A stretch of DNA of 64,000 bases from Albugo candida (lineage: Eukaryota), in assembly GCA_040437565.1 (NCBI GenBank), contig JBDOQK010000002.1, positions 1 to 64,000 of the forward strand. Direction: 5' to 3'. Each line of letters starts with the position of its first letter. The first letter of the stretch is position 1. Under the pieces are notes generated by a model. That model saw only the letters and a program-made list of their open reading frames with translations, was not told the origin of the DNA and did no database searches. Positions 24,101-35,572 of the stretch are shown piece after piece. Position numbers and translations under genes: made by a program.

Positions 24101-26430
24101 AAGTATACTGCTACACTCGGCCAAACACATTGGATCTAAATATGGATCGACAGCGCGCTCATCTAATTCCACCACGTCAGTCGCTGTTTCTTGATCGCTT
24201 TTGCAGCCGTTGATAAGCTAATCAGCATGGAAGATACGCACGCCGCTGCCATGACGCTGTATGTTGTATCTAAATCTGGTTTGTACTCATTACACCCTCT
24301 CAAGGCATCTTTCAGCGTTAGCCCCAACCTCGTACGCCTAAGCTCCATTTCCTGTGGCTTGCAAGTGACTGTGTCGTGGACTTGGTCGAGACGTAAAAAC
24401 TAAAGACAGATACCGCCACCAAGATACCATTCACAGCAAATTCACAACGGTATTGACAAAGCAAAAGGTGTAATTTCTACGAGTGATTGCAAGCGTAATT
24501 GCTTGTCATTGCTAAAAACAGTCAAGCGTCGATGTGTCTGATCAAAACAGAGTGAGCTTCATCGTGCATTTCGGCAGCCATCCAGTAACCAATTTCAGAA
24601 TGATGTGCATTTTGGTATCGCATGTCAAGCGCTAACGTCGATATGATCCAATGCATAGGTATCTTCAGTTTCTGCAACAGTTCTTTCAATTATTCCGCAG
24701 CCATTTGCGCTACATCGCACGAATCTCGAAGCAATACAGCTCGACAGGTAGCTTCACGTTTCACAGGATTTTAGACGTTCAATGTCACGTACAAAGCTTC
24801 CTGCCACAGCTTATTTCCTTCGAGTTGCATGATGAAATTCTGATACAAATGGGATACCCACACAGCGTCGTGTTGGTACCCGAGAGCACGTAAAATGCTG
24901 TTCAGATGCCAACTCACCTCATAAGCAAGGTATGCAGACGATCCGTGTAAAAGTCCACTTGGTGATAGTACATTACACAACGCAACAGGTTGTTCGGCAT
25001 ACAATTTCAATAATTCCATCAGCATATCATCTTTGATTCAGCCACACGTCGAGACAGAACATGGGTCTGCCAAATTCTTTTTATAGGCTGTTTCATACAT
25101 TGACAGAGCGGTTTTCAGTGAAGTGGAAGGTGCGTATTTATACCAAAAGGATAACGCGATGGCGGAGAGCCATGACAGCTTCCATTGAGACGAAGCAGTA
25201 ACAGCTTCGACAGCTCCAGCGAGAACGCTATAAATGAGTGCGTGGGTCTCACTGAAATGCGATAAGGACTCATCGACTCCCCATTCCAAGAGTTGTGTCA
25301 TGATCAAATGTCGGAATTCGGAGTCGTCATACGTTGCAATTTGTGCGACTAGTGTGGCAAGTCTCAAGTTTCCACTATCTGCTGCGAGCTCGGCAGCTTC
25401 CGTAATCTGATGTTTGCAAAAGAGCTGTAAGATGAACTGTTCCAGCGAATCTTTCCTGTGACACGCCTCATCCTCCAGCAAATCGATTGCATGTTCCATC
25501 CACCTCGAGATTGCTACACGACGCAAATCGACAGAGGTCATCCTATCGAGAGTTTACACGTCGCATGCATCATCAAGTACTGCAGGAACCCCTGATCCAT
25601 CCTCCGAAAACACATTTCTCTCTTGACCCCACAACGCCTGTACGAGTTTCCAAAATACTACGATATGAAGCTCCACTTTACGACTCTGAAAGGCTTGCCA
25701 GTCGATGTGATGATCCATGAATTTGTAGTACTGATGTAGAGCGTGCGTGACACCAATTCTTGTAGCAATTTGGAAATGCAGACTGGGAGATGACGCAGCG
25801 AAATTAGCACACTTGTAATGGAGCTCAAGTGTATCTCGCAACTTGTCACGTCTCGCGGTATTGTTTGATTCGAATTGCAAAGGGAGTGCGATCGACACAA
25901 TTGCATGCGACGGAATGGATTCGAATGTGTCGGCAAATGCGATCAGTTTGCCACACTATGCCAATTCACCTCGCGTTCCCTGCGAACAGCGGAATGAACG
26001 AGCCACAAAGAGTACAACATCGTTTTGGCAAAGTAACTTCCAGCGATCATCCCACTCGCGCTTTTTGACTCCGCATTGCTCGCTTGTAGTAAGGCATATG
26101 TGGGTGATAGCTTTTCTGGTGCAAGTTGTCTGGTTTCAGAATCGAATCCCCAAGGTTTGTACTCGTAGAGCGCTCCTATGCTTTCGCCTTTGTAGGAGAT
26201 AAACTCGACCATTTCAACAGTGTCGGTATCGTCATCCTCGGGCGCAAGATGACTGTAGAATTCTTTCGAGGGATTCCACTTTCAAGAATGCTTTGGGATC
26301 AGTACTCTCAAAGGAGTCAATTTGCATGGGCTCACGGACAGACATGTCCATCACAAGGTTCTTTATCGTTGTCTGATGCTGTTCAATGTGCGTTGGATGC
26401 TTCTCGGTATAAAACAGACGCCTTATCAGT
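24100..26430 (-). pseudogene. NUP98: Nup96 portion of Nup98-Nup96 with in-frame stops
   Basis: ARSFRCSQGTRGEL (the GRSFRVGW motif), WKLVQALWG, RRVAISRW, AAELAADSGNLRLATLVAQ, LSWLSAIALSFWY, SWHL...QLEGNKLWQEALYV. Collinear ORFs are broken by stops at ~25554, 25038 and 24771. The 5' part is lost at the gap. Confidence 0.85.
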
Positions 26431-26574
26431 GGAATGGCAAGCTTGAGTCGCTTTTNNNNNNNNNNNNNNNNNNNNNNNNNNNNNNNNNNNNNNNNNNNNN
26501 NNNNNNNNNNNNNNNNNNNNNNNNNNNNNNNNNNNNNNNNNNNNNNNNNNNNNNNTACAAGCAATTTCTTGCAC

Positions 26575-27400
26575 ATGTTGTGTGCATTTGTTGTGTTTGC
26601 TTTGAGACTAATTTGTTGTGACCGATAGCTGAAGAACTGTGATAGTTTGGAAAAAGAAGGTGATCAAGTGCTGCTATCTCTTGAGAATTTATACGAGCGT
26701 CTCGTCTTACAAAGTGCAGAACACAATTCGGAGCGTGCGACATCCATTTATGGCATATTGGCGATGTGTGAGGAACTTCCAGCACTTCTCTACAAAAAGC
26801 ACATACTAGCAATTGAAAAATGTCGCACGTTCCTTCGCAGCATTATGTGTGTGCCATAAATGTGACTCCATTTGATTCCAACAATTACGATGCATACTGT
26901 AGGAAAGATTATGGTCAAAATACGGATCAGCTTAGAATCATAAGCTTGGAGTATAGGCAAGCCATTGCTGGTGATATGGATCCTGTTAGTCTCGAAAACA
27001 GCAGTTCTCCTCTGCTGACACTAGAATGGATGGAGAATGTGGCGAAAATGGCACAACTTGAACTGATGCGGAAGAAAGCAATTGTCTATTACATAGTAAC
27101 CTCCGTTGATGCCCAACATGTTCTCTCCATTATCAACGATGCGCACTGGAGTAGTAATTCACCTTATAGTAATATTGACATGAGTTATGGTAAGACGAAA
27201 ATCGATCGATATGACGCAACTTGATTTGATCGCGGACGTTTATAGTCAGGAATGCATTGGTTGAAATGAACGCAGAGCAATCGCAGACAATGAATAAAGG
27301 TGGTTGAGAGTAGACAGACGTGCGTAGCGCTACCAGGAAGTTGACAACCGCTTGAGTCTGCTTCCAATATTACAACCGTAAACTGAAATGGATACAGCAT
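26575..27400 (+). pseudogene. Possible secreted-protein pseudogene
   Basis: Signal-peptide-like MLCAFVVFALRLICC, then a TAG, then collinear ORFs 26647-26859 and 26820-27224 offset at a TG microsatellite. No family recognised. Confidence 0.3.
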
Positions 27401-27415
27401 TTTCAAATAACTAAG

Positions 27416-27957
27416 GGAGCCTTTAGTATACACTGCTCCTCTTCATAGTATTCACTCACCCCCAAAGCATTGGCTAATATTCACTAATTCATTCGCTAAA
27501 ATTCATCACTTATGACGCGCGGTGACTCACTTTCAATAACACCTCGGCACAAACACACTATGATATTGAAGTCAACTTGTTAACCATATCGCTCAGCACA
27601 TACACCATAAAGTAAGCTTTAATATGTATATTACCAAAAGTGGCTTTTATTTAAGACGTAAAAAGTTTGCATTTCTAGACACATCTGTCTAGAAATAATA
27701 AAAAAAGCTGTTTTTAATATTAAAAAATAACAACCTTAACTTTTTCTCTGTGCGATTCTAAGAGATTGGCTATTGATCTAGAAAGCAGAGAACCTGAAGG
27801 TCTTTTCCTTTTGAGTGAATTGAGTGGTAGTGAGTTGAGTGGTAGTAGTTGTTACAAGTGAGTATATATTGATTTCCGTCTAATGTCAATTTGAGTGAAA
27901 TTTTAGCCAATGAATCAGGGGGTGAGTGAATACTGTCAAGAGGGGAGTGAATACTCC
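27416..27957. mobile_element. Mutator-like MITE (non-autonomous)
   Basis: GGAG...CTCC ends, ~60-bp imperfect TIRs (agtattcactcacccc...cattggcta on both arms), flanking 9-mers ATAACTAAG / ATAATTAAA (7/9) and an AT-rich non-coding interior. Confidence 0.7.
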
Positions 27958-28157
27958 ATAATTAAACAGAGTTGTTGCAACAGACCAACGCAAATGTCGC
28001 TCGAAGGTTATAATATCACAGCGAGAATAATCAGTGGCAGAGTATGATTTCCCGAGAGATATAAGAAGTACCGTGGTAAGTACGATTTCTAGATTCAAAG
28101 ATGTGCGTATGGGACGACATGATATACGCGTTAATACCGAGGAACCGCTCCCAACTC

Positions 28158-28348
28158 ATACCTTCTCGGCCTCATGGCTAAGATCAAGTGTAGTATCTGT
28201 TCTAATCAGTGTGAAAACTGATTTCTGACTAATAAGTTAGATTTATTTTCACATTTATTTTTAAAATGGCTTTGAGTCATTTGTAGCTTGCTACGAATAA
28301 CCAAAGCAGGTTTCCAAGGGCTTACACAATTTCCCTTGTGAAGCCAAA
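28158..28348 (+). ncRNA. U2: U2 spliceosomal snRNA
   Basis: ATACCTTCTCGGCCTCATGGCTAAGATCAAGTGTAGTATCTGTTCT contains the branch-point recognition sequence GTAGTA, followed by stem IIa, a U-rich Sm-like site and the 3' hairpin caaggg...cccttg. The 3' end is approximate. Confidence 0.95.
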
Positions 28349-28487
28349 CAAATCAAATCATATCTCAACATCTTTTTCTCATTGCTCCTATTCATTGCAT
28401 CGTATAACTGTCCGCTCCTGCATACTTCAAAAACTCATTCGACTGCTATTCTACCAATAGAGAGCTTTACTCGTGTAATTTGATCCA

Positions 28488-30053
28488 ATGGGAAAACAAA
28501 TGGAGAAGACATTGTTTCCATCATCAAATGTCGACGATACGGTTGTGTCCTATGAAATCTATGTCAAAAATGCGATACACTGCAGCGATAGAAACTCAGC
28601 ATTCAAGTGCCTGAATGCAATCAATGACGAGATTGCGAAAGAACTGCGAGCAATTACAGGAGACTTCTTTTGGCATCGCGAAAAGCTTTCGCTGCGAATT
28701 AAATCGGCTGAAAATGGAGGCATTTACTATTTGCAAGGCCAATCATCTGTTGGTGATGCAATTCAGGACGAATGGGTCATTGCCTATACTCTTGTGCAAT
28801 ATTCACGGCAAAATAACGACGTAGTACTCCACATATCCGACAACGATGGGGAGTTCTTTCTGATCGAGTGCGCGTATCATTTGCCTCTGTGGGTCAAACC
28901 AGAAATCATAACGTTTCGCATGTTTATCAAAAACGGAAAATTACATTTGATTGAGCCCAGTCAGGATGAAAGATCTATTACATTAGCGCAAGCACTCGAA
29001 AGTATGTTTCATAATGATTCACGAAAATATTTGGCGAGTTCGTCATGTCAAGAGGCATTGGAAACACGATTAAATCAAGTCCCGAAATTGATACAAGAGA
29101 ATAAGCATTGTATACGCTGTATACTACCTTTAAAAGCGGCATACCTGCTGTGGAAATGCCCTGAAGCTATTTGCGGTGTCGCTCAGGCTTTTTACTATCG
29201 AGAACCCGAGGAAGCAGCGCGTCTGTGTCACACAATGGAGAATTTTCGGTCTACTAATCTTGTTCAAAGTATGGTGACATTCACACGCTGTACCTATGCT
29301 CAGATGAAGCAGCAAGAGTCTTATCCACACAATCCTCTCATATCAATACTGGAACCATATATAAGCAAACCCGAGAGTTCTGATGCTATTGCTGCAGAAA
29401 TGGGTATGAAAGTAACCTGCGGGCTAGAATTACTATCTGCAAGTCAGTTGCCGATGGCTGATGGCGAGAAGTTATGGGCGGAGCATATTCATTCCATTTT
29501 ATCGAAACTGAATGTTGATGATTATAAACCTGGACCACTGACTGTTGATGATGATGATTCTTGGATGCATATGAAGCCAGAAACTCTTGAGGAGAAACTT
29601 GCAAATATGGAATCGGAAGCTAATATTGGAAAAGTGGAGGTCGCCGCATCATTGACATCGCTAGCACACAAATTCAAAGACTTTATAGATAAACCTTCAG
29701 ATCTGGAAGGCGTGGAGAATTCCAAACCTGTTCGCCTTGATGCAGATGCACTTTTGAAGCTACTGGATCGGAACAATGACGACGAAGACTTGTACTTTGA
29801 TCGAGAGGATTATGACTTCTCCGATGAAGATCATGATAGCGATCAGGATGCTGCTGAATTAGAGGAAATGATGGAAAAAATGGACACTGAGATCGCAAAT
29901 TCAACTGTACGTACAACTTCCTTGCGCGATGGAGATAGAATGGAAGGAAGCATGTCATCAGACTTTGATGTTATATCGAATCTGCTACAATCGATTGCAG
30001 CACAAGAAGGGCAACCAGGTCCCGCAGCCACAATTTTGCACCATTTGGACTGA
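28488..30053 (+). CDS. ECD: Ecdysoneless / hSGT1 family protein (521 aa)
   Basis: GDAIQDEW, DNDGEFFLIECAYHLPLW, FTRCTYAQ, GMKVTCGLE, DDDDSWM and SIAAQEGQPGPA motifs in an intact ORF. Confidence 0.92.
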   Translation: MGKQMEKTLFPSSNVDDTVVSYEIYVKNAIHCSDRNSAFKCLNAINDEIAKELRAITGDFFWHREKLSLRIKSAENGGIYYLQGQSSVGDAIQDEWVIAYTLVQYSRQNNDVVLHISDNDGEFFLIECAYHLPLWVKPEIITFRMFIKNGKLHLIEPSQDERSITLAQALESMFHNDSRKYLASSSCQEALETRLNQVPKLIQENKHCIRCILPLKAAYLLWKCPEAICGVAQAFYYREPEEAARLCHTMENFRSTNLVQSMVTFTRCTYAQMKQQESYPHNPLISILEPYISKPESSDAIAAEMGMKVTCGLELLSASQLPMADGEKLWAEHIHSILSKLNVDDYKPGPLTVDDDDSWMHMKPETLEEKLANMESEANIGKVEVAASLTSLAHKFKDFIDKPSDLEGVENSKPVRLDADALLKLLDRNNDDEDLYFDREDYDFSDEDHDSDQDAAELEEMMEKMDTEIANSTVRTTSLRDGDRMEGSMSSDFDVISNLLQSIAAQEGQPGPAATILHHLD

Positions 30054-30184
30054 ATTGTGTTTCATCAGAGATGATAAATATTTTGTGATAGAATATCAGT
30101 AGACCATTTTACTAACCTTGTACCTGACGCATTCAGACAGTGAAAAAAATCGTTTCTTTGATGCTGAAATGATATACGCAAAAA

Positions 30185-30256
30185 TGCGCCGTCGGGGAAT
30201 TGAACCCCGACCTCATCCTTGGAAGGGACGAATCCTAACCATTAGACCAACGGCGC
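30185..30256 (-). tRNA. tRNA-Gly (TCC)
   Basis: GCGCCGTTGGTCTAATGGTTAGGATTCGTCCCTTCCAAGGATGAGGTCGGGGTTCAATTCCCCGACGGCGCA folds as a cloverleaf with anticodon loop CTTCCAA. Confidence 0.97.
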
Positions 30257-30997
30257 ATCTATGCGTTAGACTATTGAAAACGTATTTGAATATTGTAATA
30301 AATAAATGCCAAATCCGTAGAATCAATACGTTTATTGCATTTGTTCATTGCAAAATTGGTAGAGCCGAAGTCGCGAGATGGAACCGTACATCTACTCATG
30401 TTTGAGTAATCATCTCAAATTCAAAGAAAAAAAAATNNNNNNNNNNNNNNNNNNNNNNNNNNNNNNNNNNNNNNNNNNNNNNNNNNNNNNNNNNNNNNNN
30501 NNNNNNNNNNNNNNNNNNNNNNNNNNNNNNNNNNNNAATATTGTAATAAATAAATGCCAAATCCGTAGAATCAATACGTTTATTGCATTTGTTCATTGCA
30601 AAATTGGTAGAGCCGAAGTCGCGAGATGGAACCGTACATCTACTCATGTTTGAGTAATCATCTCAAATTCAAAGAAAAAAAAATCGTGCCGAATTTAGCT
30701 TTTGATTTTCCGTTGACATGAAAAAACTGTATCGGATGCAGTAGCCCTATGAGGAAAGTCCAAAAAATATGTCAGGATAACAATCCCACATAGCAGAACT
30801 TCATTCTTCTACGCCTGTAGTTGTTGAGGTGAATCTATCTTGTAATGCTTCTCACCAACAACCACACACTAGTTGCTAGTATTCGCAGCAAACCATCAGA
30901 TTTGTAGATGCTGCACCCACATGTTCCGTCCGTCAGAAAGGAAGCATCCATTTGATAAATAGCGTAAATATACGACCCGTTCTCTCATCCGCAGTAA

Positions 30998-31012
30998 TCA
31001 TTCGTTTATTTG
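30998..31012 (+). promoter_or_regulatory. Candidate oomycete Inr/FPR-like core promoter upstream of USP10
   Basis: TCATTCGTTTATTTG lies ~90 bp upstream of the ATG and only loosely matches the YCATTYY...TTTNC consensus. Confidence 0.3.
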
Positions 31013-31091
31013 TTGCATACGATTCACGATTCTTCATGCGAACTTAATCGTACGTACGAACCTAACAGCCGAATGTAACCTTTGTCTTACA

Positions 31092-32989
31092 ATGAGTGCA
31101 GCTACTCGGAGTTCGGCAGTGGACAAGAATTCACATATTTTGTTTGGAGATTTCACACTTGAAGAAACAGAAAAGCTATTGGGAGAAGGTACTCTCAGTA
31201 AAAATAATTTAGCTATCAATAAAGCGTTTTGTAGCAAATAGGAAACACAGCGAAGAAAAGGGGGTTTCCATTTGTGAAGAAATTGTGTCGCAGCCCCAAA
31301 TAAGCTATGCCGATGCATTGAAGAAAATTAAATCAGAAAAAGTATCCATTTCAACAGTACAAAGATCTCCATGGAAAGGATCCATTGACAATAGAAGCGT
31401 TGAAGAAAAGCATTTGAGCTTTGAGGAAGGTTTACAAAATGCATTAGCAAATCTAAAGATTACAGCACCGGGCTCAGAAGTCAAGAAAAGGTAAGTTCGC
31501 GTTTGGTACTTTATCGCCCCTCTAATGCTAATGTCTGCAGAGGCTTAGTGAACCAAGGAAATACGTGTTTCCAGAATGTGATTATGCAGTCTTTGATGGC
31601 CTGCTCACCTTTTCTCAAGTATTCATTTGAATAATCTCAGTGGGTGTGAAGCTAATGCTTTCCTTTTATCAGTCTTTTTGTCAGCATATCACGGCAAGTC
31701 GCTAGCAATGAAGAACTGTTAGTTTCATCCAGTACGTTTCGGGCGTGGAAATACATGGTCGCATTTACCAGAGAGTTTGAAGAGCCATCTTTGACGCAAC
31801 GTATGAGTCACCGTGACTTCTCGTATGTGCTCACACTGATTTTGCAAAATGTTTAGTACGAGCAATTCGATCTCATTCAGATAATGAGGAGAAAACACGC
31901 AAGGCGATACGAATACGTGGATACTTTATGGATGTGCTGAGTGCTTTCCAGAAATCTCGTGGAGATGAAGAAGATGCGCTGGAATTTCTTGAATTCTTTT
32001 TGGACTATTTACATTCAGAGTATGTCACGAGTAAGCTCAGACTTCCAGCAATTTGTACGCAAAAGATTGGGAAGCAGGCTACTGGACATTCAGGTATTGG
32101 AGATGAATCCTGTAATACGGAAAGTAAGAATGGATGGGCTGAGATTGGTAAAAAGGGAAGGATAAGCACAGTCCGTCAAAGTAGTTTCGATAGCAGTGTG
32201 TCACCGATAAATTGGCTATTCAGAGGCTCAGTGCGATCCGAATTACAGCAAGCGGGCAAGAGACAAAATTCAATCAACATCGAATCATTCCATTGTCTCC
32301 ACTTGAATTTGGATCCTCAAGAAGCAATTCAAGCGTCTCCAATTCCGGGAAGCCAGTACGCAGCTGGTTTTGTGGCTTCTAAAAGGGAGCCTGTTAAGTT
32401 GGAAGAAATGATTCTAGATGCGTTCTCAGTAGAAATCCTCGACGACGAGTCCAAAAATGGTGGTATGAAGAGATCAACATGCATGGAGTCCCTGCCGATT
32501 GTTTTGACTCTCAATATCAAACGATTCACCTATGACCATCAGCTAGGGCCAGTCAAGCTTCAGCAATTCGTAAAATACCCTCCGAAATTTGAATTTCCGC
32601 TGCATCTCATGTCCAATGCCTGTCGTGCGGAATACGCAGCATCGATGCGAAGCAGTGATGGCCAAAGTACAATTGAGTATGGCTCGATCACACCGCCAAT
32701 TTACGAACTCTGCGCTGTTGTGACACATCACGGCAAGTATGTAGCAGGAGGCCATTACACTTGTGTATGTCGTGACAACAAGGATCAGTGGTTTCATTAC
32801 GATGACGATTGCGTATCACTGGTCACAGAGACTGGTGCTTTACAAGAAAATGCTTACTTGCTTTTTTACGTTCGTGGCAATGTCGACAACTCGACGCGAA
32901 AGCCGCCTGCTTTATTAAAAGACGGACAACGGGCAATCTCTAGCGCCCGGAAATCCAAAGCATTTAATATTTCCAGCCCTTTGCAATAA
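31092..32989 (+). CDS. USP10: Ubiquitin-specific protease USP10/Ubp3-like, multi-exon
   Basis: N-terminal LFGDF motif, Cys box GLVNQGNTCFQNVIMQSL, EEDALEFL, His box VVTHHGKYVAGGHY...WFHYDD...AYLLFY, and several short GT-AG introns. Confidence 0.9.
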
Positions 32990-33076
32990 ATATCAACGAA
33001 TATGCGCCCTATCCAAAGAGTGGAATACGGTTTTGGCTGTAGACGCCCACTGTTAGCAGTAGAGCAGCGATCAAAG

Positions 33077-33760
33077 TCACCCTCTCGCCTTATTGGAAGG
33101 ATATGCTGGCAGACAGTTGTGAGGTATGTCTGTAGATACGATGGCCTCAAGTGCCGGGTTGCTGAGAACAGGGACGCACTTTAGTCTGTAAAAACGGTTC
33201 AGAGAAATGGTGAGGGAAGAACGTATTCGTATCACACGTACGAGTCTGCTGATTTTGTATTTGCCGCAGCTTTGTGACTGAACGTACCAATCGCTCGCTC
33301 GTAGCGCAGCAAAGTCCGGTTTCTTTGCGCGACTTGTTGCCGTTCTTCCTTTCAAATTACTGAGGTACAATATGCTTTTTGAATGATAAAGTCGGGACTC
33401 CTCCTCCTTACGAGCATGCACAGACGTTATACGCAATCGTACGAAAACCAAAGCTGCAATACTGACATTAGTCAACTTATGCGCCTTGAAGCCCGCCCGA
33501 TGTTGATGAAAGTCAACTCGGCCATAGCTGCATCTAATGCCGAAGCATTTTACTCTGACATCCGAGCCAGCGAAGTAAGATTGCGTGCGACGCAGCTTTG
33601 AGATATGTCTTATTGCTGTAACAGAAACGCACGTAAAAACTGAAAACTTATATGGTAGTGATGTCCATCTCAACATACACCGATGATCATTGTTCGACTT
33701 CTTGAATCCCTGCTTTGATCGCTTTAACAAGTCGAATCACCCAATAAAAGCCTTCATGCC
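33077..33760 (-). CDS. Possible hypothetical protein
   Basis: 217-codon open frame with candidate GT-AG introns in an otherwise tightly packed region; no family recognised. Confidence 0.25.
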
Positions 33761-34136
33761 GCATCGGGCAATTCGCTACGCGTAAGCGACCTACGACTTG
33801 CTATTTGCTACTTGGAATCCAGAAATATCTAGCTATCAACTCGCGTTGAAGGCAGCTTGCACAATGGCAAGCAATTTGGACAATACACTACTGACACTCG
33901 ATTTTCATCGATTACATAAGGTTTGTGACACTAACGACCAATGTGTAAAATGCTCGCACGATTTCTCAGCAAAGAGCGAGATTGAGGAGAACATGGAAAT
34001 CAACTAACAATGTCATTACCTCAACTACCGAAACTTAAACCTCGACTTATCACCGGAATCTCACATTTGCAGTAGAAAAAGGCTTGGCATACGTGCGATC
34101 GAACAAAGCAACGGAAAAAAGCTAGTATATTAATCG

Positions 34137-34827
34137 CTAAGACCCGAACAATCCCCAATTCAAAATACGAAAAGAAGTAAACACTTTGTCGAATATATCC
34201 GAGCCGATCTCAATGCTGTTTTGGCTCTCGTGCTGACTGCATTCTCTACTGCTTGACATTGGGTTGATTTTAATTGGTACGGAAACAGAAATCAAAATAT
34301 CACTCGTCACTGAAGGCAGCCTTCAAGCAAAAACAATGTCAAGAGGAATGACCTCAGCATCAATAAAAGAAAATGATAACCACCTGATGACTCCCAAATA
34401 CACTTTGATGAGATTCTTTGCGTTGGATCCCTCATTGAATTTTGAAACATATTGATCCCCAACAAGGATGCTTTTGACAGAGTCCACACCGATTCGGGGA
34501 GGTGTTGATGCATCTAACACCTTTGACTCGCAAACACTTCGTTCAGAAGCAGCACATTGATTTTCATTTGCCAGTTCATCAAACAAGTAGCGAGCGATGC
34601 ATTCATCCTTCACTGCTGTTTCGAATTGTAAAATTTCTACGATGATGCATTGATCTGTAGAGGAATTTGTGTACACTTCCTGATGATCGGGAACTTGCCG
34701 AAAGGAACTATCGCGCGAAAACGATTTTAGTCACAAGGAATACACTGATTACGATGTACCTGACGTCATCAAAGTCTCGTGGAATGAAGCAAGAAATAGA
34801 GCCTCCAAAGAGATTCTTCTCAGACAT
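34137..34827 (-). CDS. RANGRF: Mog1 / Ran guanine nucleotide release factor, 3 exons
   Basis: MSEKNLFGGSISCFIPRDFDDV, intron, FRQVPDHQEVYTNSSTDQCIIVEIL...LGVIR, intron, LPSVTSDILIS...FRILNWGLFGS*. Confidence 0.92.
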
Positions 34828-35572
34828 GCTGCAGACGTTGAGACGATGAATGATGGAGTCTTCGTGTCGATCCGATTGGGTGAATTTTCGACAGTTGCAT
34901 CGCTGTACCTCCAAAAACGATTCTCTGACGGAAATGAAGAAAATGCTCATTACATTCCATAAATGAATATCCACACTGAATGAATGGAAAAGGATAGTCC
35001 TTCTGTCCGCAATCGATGGATTCAACGATGCGCTGAAATGGGAAATGCTTACGTAAAGAAGCGACAACTCGAAAGACATGCATTGCCAACGAGGCAATCT
35101 GCTACTTCTCAGGTGCTATTCCGATTATACGTATAAGAAGAAACACTCTTCTTCGTGTACTTGTGTCCCCATTCAAAAGCTACTGATAGACACAGCGTAG
35201 CAACAGTCTTGCAGACGATCTCATAATACTTGCAAATGAATCTATTGAACCATTGAAAGTCTGCTTATAGAGTCGGATGCAACCTGTTGTGCTCATAGGA
35301 ACAAAGCACGCAATTGAATTGTGAAAAAGCGTTGCAAATTTGCACGTTCAAAGTGGAAAATGACAGTAACGTAACGATGTGGTGGTCGTTGACTCCTTAC
35401 TCTCCTTCACGTTGTTTCATCCCACTGCCTTTGGTCTTTTCATACGCGCCATCCACCAAACCTCTTCGCTCAATAGTCGAATTTCATCAAATCGCAACAA
35501 TCAATTGAAGCGGTGCTCTGCCACAAAAGTCGTTGAAAGTGAACATAAATACGTCTTTCCAAACTCTCACAA

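Noticed and set aside
24771..25900. Stop-codon reassignment or readthrough in Nup96
   Set aside because: Different stop types plus frameshifts are present, and neighbouring intact genes end normally at TAA, TGA or TAG.
30118..30405. 95-aa ORF overlapping the tRNA
   Set aside because: Antisense translation of tRNA-Gly plus AT-rich flank.
30289..30684. 148-bp direct repeat next to tRNA-Gly
   Set aside because: It flanks the N gap at 30437-30536; an assembly overlap, not an integration-site repeat.
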